Assembly: GCA_039630055.1 (NCBI GenBank)
Contig: JBCNVN010000016.1
Coordinates: 1-10,784 of the forward strand
Reading direction: 5' to 3'
Origin: Candidatus Caldarchaeales archaeon
Lineage (GTDB): Archaea > Thermoproteota > Nitrososphaeria_A > Caldarchaeales > Wolframiiraptoraceae
DNA length: 10,784 nucleotides
Position 1 is the stretch's first letter, and the number at the start of each line of letters is the position of its first letter. The notes beneath the pieces are model-generated. The model made no database searches. It worked only from the letters and a program-made list of their open reading frames with translations, and was not told the DNA's origin. The position numbers and the translations under genes were made by a program. Positions 7,436 through 10,784 of the stretch are shown here, in pieces.

Positions 7436-7538
7436 ATGAGATTAAGATAACGGTGGAAGACAGTCTAACCTAGCTAGAAAATAGTAAATGACTATAAATT
7501 GTAGTCTTGGATCCATATATCCTTGGAAGGTGTATTAT

Positions 7539-8132
7539 TTGACTTCTCATGGTCTGGAAAAGGTTATAGATGAGGTTGTCGAGAAAGTAATAGTAGACCT
7601 GGAATCTTCTTTTCAAGAACTATCAAGAGATGTTGAGACACTTGTTAGAAGAGAGCGTGAGGAGACATTAAAGACGATTGATCAGATGATCGAGGCATTT
7701 GAGAAGAAGAGTGAGATGGTGAGGTCTAGAGCGCTCAGTCTAGGTCAAGTAAAGAGTCGGGGGAAAAAGCTTGAAGCACTTGAAGAATGTGTTAGAAGAG
7801 TTGTAGAAAAGACTTTGGAGACGATTAGTGTAAAGGCTAGAAGGGGGGAGCTAGATAAATACTTAGAGAAGATGCTTAGAGAAGCTATAGAAATCGTTAA
7901 TGTAAAACAAGTGAGAGTCTATACAAGTGCTCATCTTAGAGAGGCCTTGAAGAAAATAGTTGAAAAGATATCGGATATAAATGTGATAGTTGAAGATGAG
8001 CCTGTTGAGACCGTCTTCGGAGTAGTAGTTAAGAGTATAGATGGATCCATCAGCTATGACAATAGGATAGAATCCAAGCTAGAGAGGTTGAGACCAGAGG
8101 TAAAGAAGACGATAGCCACCTTGATAAGCTGA
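7539..8132 (+). CDS. atpE: A/V-type ATP synthase subunit E
   Basis: GLEKVIDEV begins a long charged helix, and the C-terminus GVVVKSIDGSISYDNRIESKLERL fits subunit E. Follows atpF. Start moved from 7488 to in-frame TTG 7539, which has SD-like AGGTG at 7528-7532. Confidence 0.85.
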   Translation: MTSHGLEKVIDEVVEKVIVDLESSFQELSRDVETLVRREREETLKTIDQMIEAFEKKSEMVRSRALSLGQVKSRGKKLEALEECVRRVVEKTLETISVKARRGELDKYLEKMLREAIEIVNVKQVRVYTSAHLREALKKIVEKISDINVIVEDEPVETVFGVVVKSIDGSISYDNRIESKLERLRPEVKKTIATLIS

Positions 8133-8176
8133 GAACTCCTACAAAGATAAGTCCTATTTTATTAAAGTATATTGAG

Positions 8177-8200
8177 TGATGGAGTCTGAACAGTCCATCA
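8177..8200. repeat. Inverted repeat between atpE and ilvD (operator- or hairpin-like)
   Basis: TGATGGA-N10-TCCATCA, with an internal CTG-aa-CAG dyad. Confidence 0.4.
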
Positions 8201-8252
8201 AATCCACCTAGTGATCTGATTTTCAGCTCACTAACTCAGAATATATAATTTA

Positions 8253-8267
8253 GGAAATCTTTATCTA
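8253..8267 (+). promoter_or_regulatory. Putative BRE plus TATA box for ilvD
   Basis: GGAAATC-TTTATCTA about 30 bp upstream of TTG 8295. Confidence 0.4.
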
Positions 8268-8309
8268 AATCCTCTGTAAGATTCTTAGTAAAAATTGAGA
8301 CCGGGATCG

Positions 8310-9980
8310 ATGTTAAAATATAGGAGCTCAACGGTAACTGAAGGTTTAGAACGTTCTCCCCATAGAGCTCTTCTCAGAGCTGTAGGATTATCAGAAGAAG
8401 ATCTAGGTAAGCCACTGATAGGTATAGCGAATTCTTGGAACGAGATTGTTGCCGGCCACGCACACTTGAACAAGTTGGCTGAGAAGGTTAAAGATGGAGT
8501 AAGATCTAATGGAGGGGCTCCACTAGAATTCAATACTATAGCTGTTTGTGATGGTTTAGCGATGGGTCATGAAGGTATGAGGTTCAGCCTAGTAAGTAGA
8601 GAGGTAATAGCGGATAGTGTAGAGATAATGGTTGAAGCCCATAGGCTTGACTCGCTGGTCGCTCTCGCTAGCTGCGATAAGATCGAGCCAGGTATGATGA
8701 TGGCTATAGCCCGTCTCAACATACCTTCAATATTCTTAAACGGTGGACCTATGAAAACAGGTAGGATTGGAGAAAAGAGAATATGTCTAGGAGATGTATT
8801 CGAGGCGATAGGCAGATATTCTGCAGGAAAGATAACCCTAGAAGAACTAAAGATCATTGAAAGATATGCTTGTCCAGGGCCAGGATCGTGTGCTGGACTC
8901 TATACCGCAAATACCATGGCCATACTATTTGAAGCCATGGGGATGATGCTTCCAGGTGCATCAACTATACCTGCAGTAGATTCTAGAAGGCTTGAAGCAG
9001 CATATAGAACAGGTGCAACGATCATCAATCTATTAGAGACAGGTCTTAAACCTTCGGATATACTAACCTATGAAGCATTCGAGAACGCTATCGCGGTAGA
9101 TGCATCGATAGGTGGCTCCACCAACGTCATACTCCACCTACTCGCAATAGCTAGAGAAGTAGGCGTAAAACTTACACTAGATGATTTCGATAGGATAAGT
9201 AGGAGAACACCATACTTTGTAGACTTGATCCCTGGAGGTAGATACCCAGTAGAAGACCTAGATGCTGTTGGAGGTGTCCCAGCCATAATGGAGAAGCTAC
9301 TAGAAGCAGGTCTTATAAATGGTGAAGCATTAACCGTGACGGGAAAAACCGTTAAAGAGAATCTTAGAGAGTTCAAGCCTCCAACGGTAAAATTCGGAGA
9401 AGTTATAAAAGATCTCAGTAACCCAATATCTAGACGTGGCTCTATAGTTATACTGAAAGGAAACCTGGCCCCAGAGGGAGCAGTAGTAAAGATAAGCGGT
9501 GTGAGAAACCTATTTCATAGAGGTCCAGCAAGAGTATACGATTCAGAAGAAGAAGCATTTAATGCGGTGATGAGAAGAGAGATAGAGTCTGGAGACGTGG
9601 TCGTGATAAGGTATGAGGGGCCGAGAGGCGGTCCAGGGATGAGAGAGATGCTATCAGTCACCGCAGCCATAGTAGGTCAAGGTTTAGGAGATAGCGTAGC
9701 ATTAGTAACCGATGGAAGATTCTCTGGAGCGACACGTGGCTTGATGGTTGGACATGTATCTCCGGAAGCAGCAGTCGGTGGACCGATAGCATCTCTAAGA
9801 GATGGAGACATCATAACTATAGATGTTCCGAATAATAGGATCGATGTAGATTTGGATAGTGGAGAATTGGAGAGTAGGTTGTCAGATTGGTCTCCTCCAA
9901 AGCCTAAATACTCTTCAGGAGTACTTGCAAGATACTCTAAATATGCTCTCCCAGCATCTCTCGGAGCAAGTATAACATAA
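8310..9980 (+). CDS. ilvD: Dihydroxy-acid dehydratase
   Basis: [74 protein letters not shown] and [11 protein letters not shown]. Start is ATG 8310 or TTG 8295. Confidence 0.97.
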   Translation: MLKYRSSTVTEGLERSPHRALLRAVGLSEEDLGKPLIGIANSWNEIVAGHAHLNKLAEKVKDGVRSNGGAPLEFNTIAVCDGLAMGHEGMRFSLVSREVIADSVEIMVEAHRLDSLVALASCDKIEPGMMMAIARLNIPSIFLNGGPMKTGRIGEKRICLGDVFEAIGRYSAGKITLEELKIIERYACPGPGSCAGLYTANTMAILFEAMGMMLPGASTIPAVDSRRLEAAYRTGATIINLLETGLKPSDILTYEAFENAIAVDASIGGSTNVILHLLAIAREVGVKLTLDDFDRISRRTPYFVDLIPGGRYPVEDLDAVGGVPAIMEKLLEAGLINGEALTVTGKTVKENLREFKPPTVKFGEVIKDLSNPISRRGSIVILKGNLAPEGAVVKISGVRNLFHRGPARVYDSEEEAFNAVMRREIESGDVVVIRYEGPRGGPGMREMLSVTAAIVGQGLGDSVALVTDGRFSGATRGLMVGHVSPEAAVGGPIASLRDGDIITIDVPNNRIDVDLDSGELESRLSDWSPPKPKYSSGVLARYSKYALPASLGASIT

Positions 9981-10784
9981 CTATCCTTGAAGGATCTTCT
10001 CAGATGCTTTAGCAACCCTCTCCAAATACTCTTTCATAGTATACACTCTTAGAATCTCATAGATCTCAGAGGTAAATCTCAAGAGAGGAGAATGATATTC
10101 TTTTAGTATTATTCTTCCATTTTCTTCTGAGTAGAACTCTAACCTATCTTCACCTACATATGGTAATGGAGGAATATATGGGGTATCTACCCATACTAGG
10201 CTTTGGGGAACGCCTGCCTCTCCAGCTATCATCTCTTCAATACTCTTTATAGCTTCTGGGTCTCTGATCAATTTAGATCCTTCCCCTCCCTCATAAGCTC
10301 TATACTCATACGCAACTTTTGGAAGTATTCTCTTCTCAATGTTTCTTATTATCTCTCTTGTCTTCTCGTTTCGACGCATCATACACCACACCGTGTAATC
10401 ATCATGGTTTAGAAAATCTTCAACGCTCATAGATGTAAAATCTAACTCTTCTCCTAGCATTTTAACCCCTCTCAGAAACATCGCCTGTGCAGCTCTAACA
10501 GTATGATGAAAGTAAATATTCATGAAACTCTGGTATCTTGCTATAGCAAGCTCTTCCACTACACCTAAAGCTCTAGCACTGAGCGCAAGCCTCCCATCAA
10601 TCAATCTACTAGTATAGATTATCCTCTCAATATCTACCATTCCATAGAAAGCACCAGTAAAGTAGGAATCTCTCAGTAAGAAGTCTAGTTTATCAACATC
10701 TATGGGGCCGCTGATAATGTCTCCAATAGGATCTTTCTTCTTAAATACATCTACAACTTCTTTAACAGCAACACTACATCTCTC
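9981..10784 (-). CDS. HD-domain phosphohydrolase, SAMHD1-like dNTP triphosphohydrolase family (COG1078), 5'-truncated by the window edge
   Basis: The frame stays open past 10640 to the window end and reads IISGPIDVDKLDFLLRDSYFTGAFYGMVDIERII...ARYQSFMNIYFHHTVRAA, matching the DxDxxDYLxRD and vYfH motifs. The HD dyad itself lies outside the window. Confidence 0.85.
   Translation of the reverse strand, partial: ERCSVAVKEVVDVFKKKDPIGDIISGPIDVDKLDFLLRDSYFTGAFYGMVDIERIIYTSRLIDGRLALSARALGVVEELAIARYQSFMNIYFHHTVRAAQAMFLRGVKMLGEELDFTSMSVEDFLNHDDYTVWCMMRRNEKTREIIRNIEKRILPKVAYEYRAYEGGEGSKLIRDPEAIKSIEEMIAGEAGVPQSLVWVDTPYIPPLPYVGEDRLEFYSEENGRIILKEYHSPLLRFTSEIYEILRVYTMKEYLERVAKASEKILQG

Noticed and set aside
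7488-7538. 17-aa N-terminal extension of AtpE
   Set aside because: The sequence is atypical for the family, and TTG 7539 has a well-spaced SD-like AGGTG.
8285-10412. ORFs antisense to ilvD and the ORF at 10203-10412
   Set aside because: They overlap confident genes on the opposite strand and have no recognisable domains.

Overview
This is an archaeal core-chromosome window centred on a probable replication origin. PolD plus the gene content suggest a non-Sulfolobales lineage, possibly Nitrososphaerota/Aigarchaeota-like, but this is inference. Gene order: 5'-truncated nucleotidyltransferase, UPF0148 Zn-ribbon gene, oriC (two inverted ORBs around a ~147-bp spacer plus a third ORB on the probable cdc6 start), orc1/cdc6, a 340-bp intergenic, PolD small subunit (DP1), a fragment of the A/V-type ATP synthase locus (atpI divergent from atpF-atpE), ilvD, and a 5'-truncated SAMHD1-like HD hydrolase. 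The most unexpected signal is a non-ORB motif, GGCCACArCTATA, found three times, including an exact 15-bp inverted pair that brackets oriC plus cdc6. I found no CRISPR array, tRNA, rRNA or mobile element.
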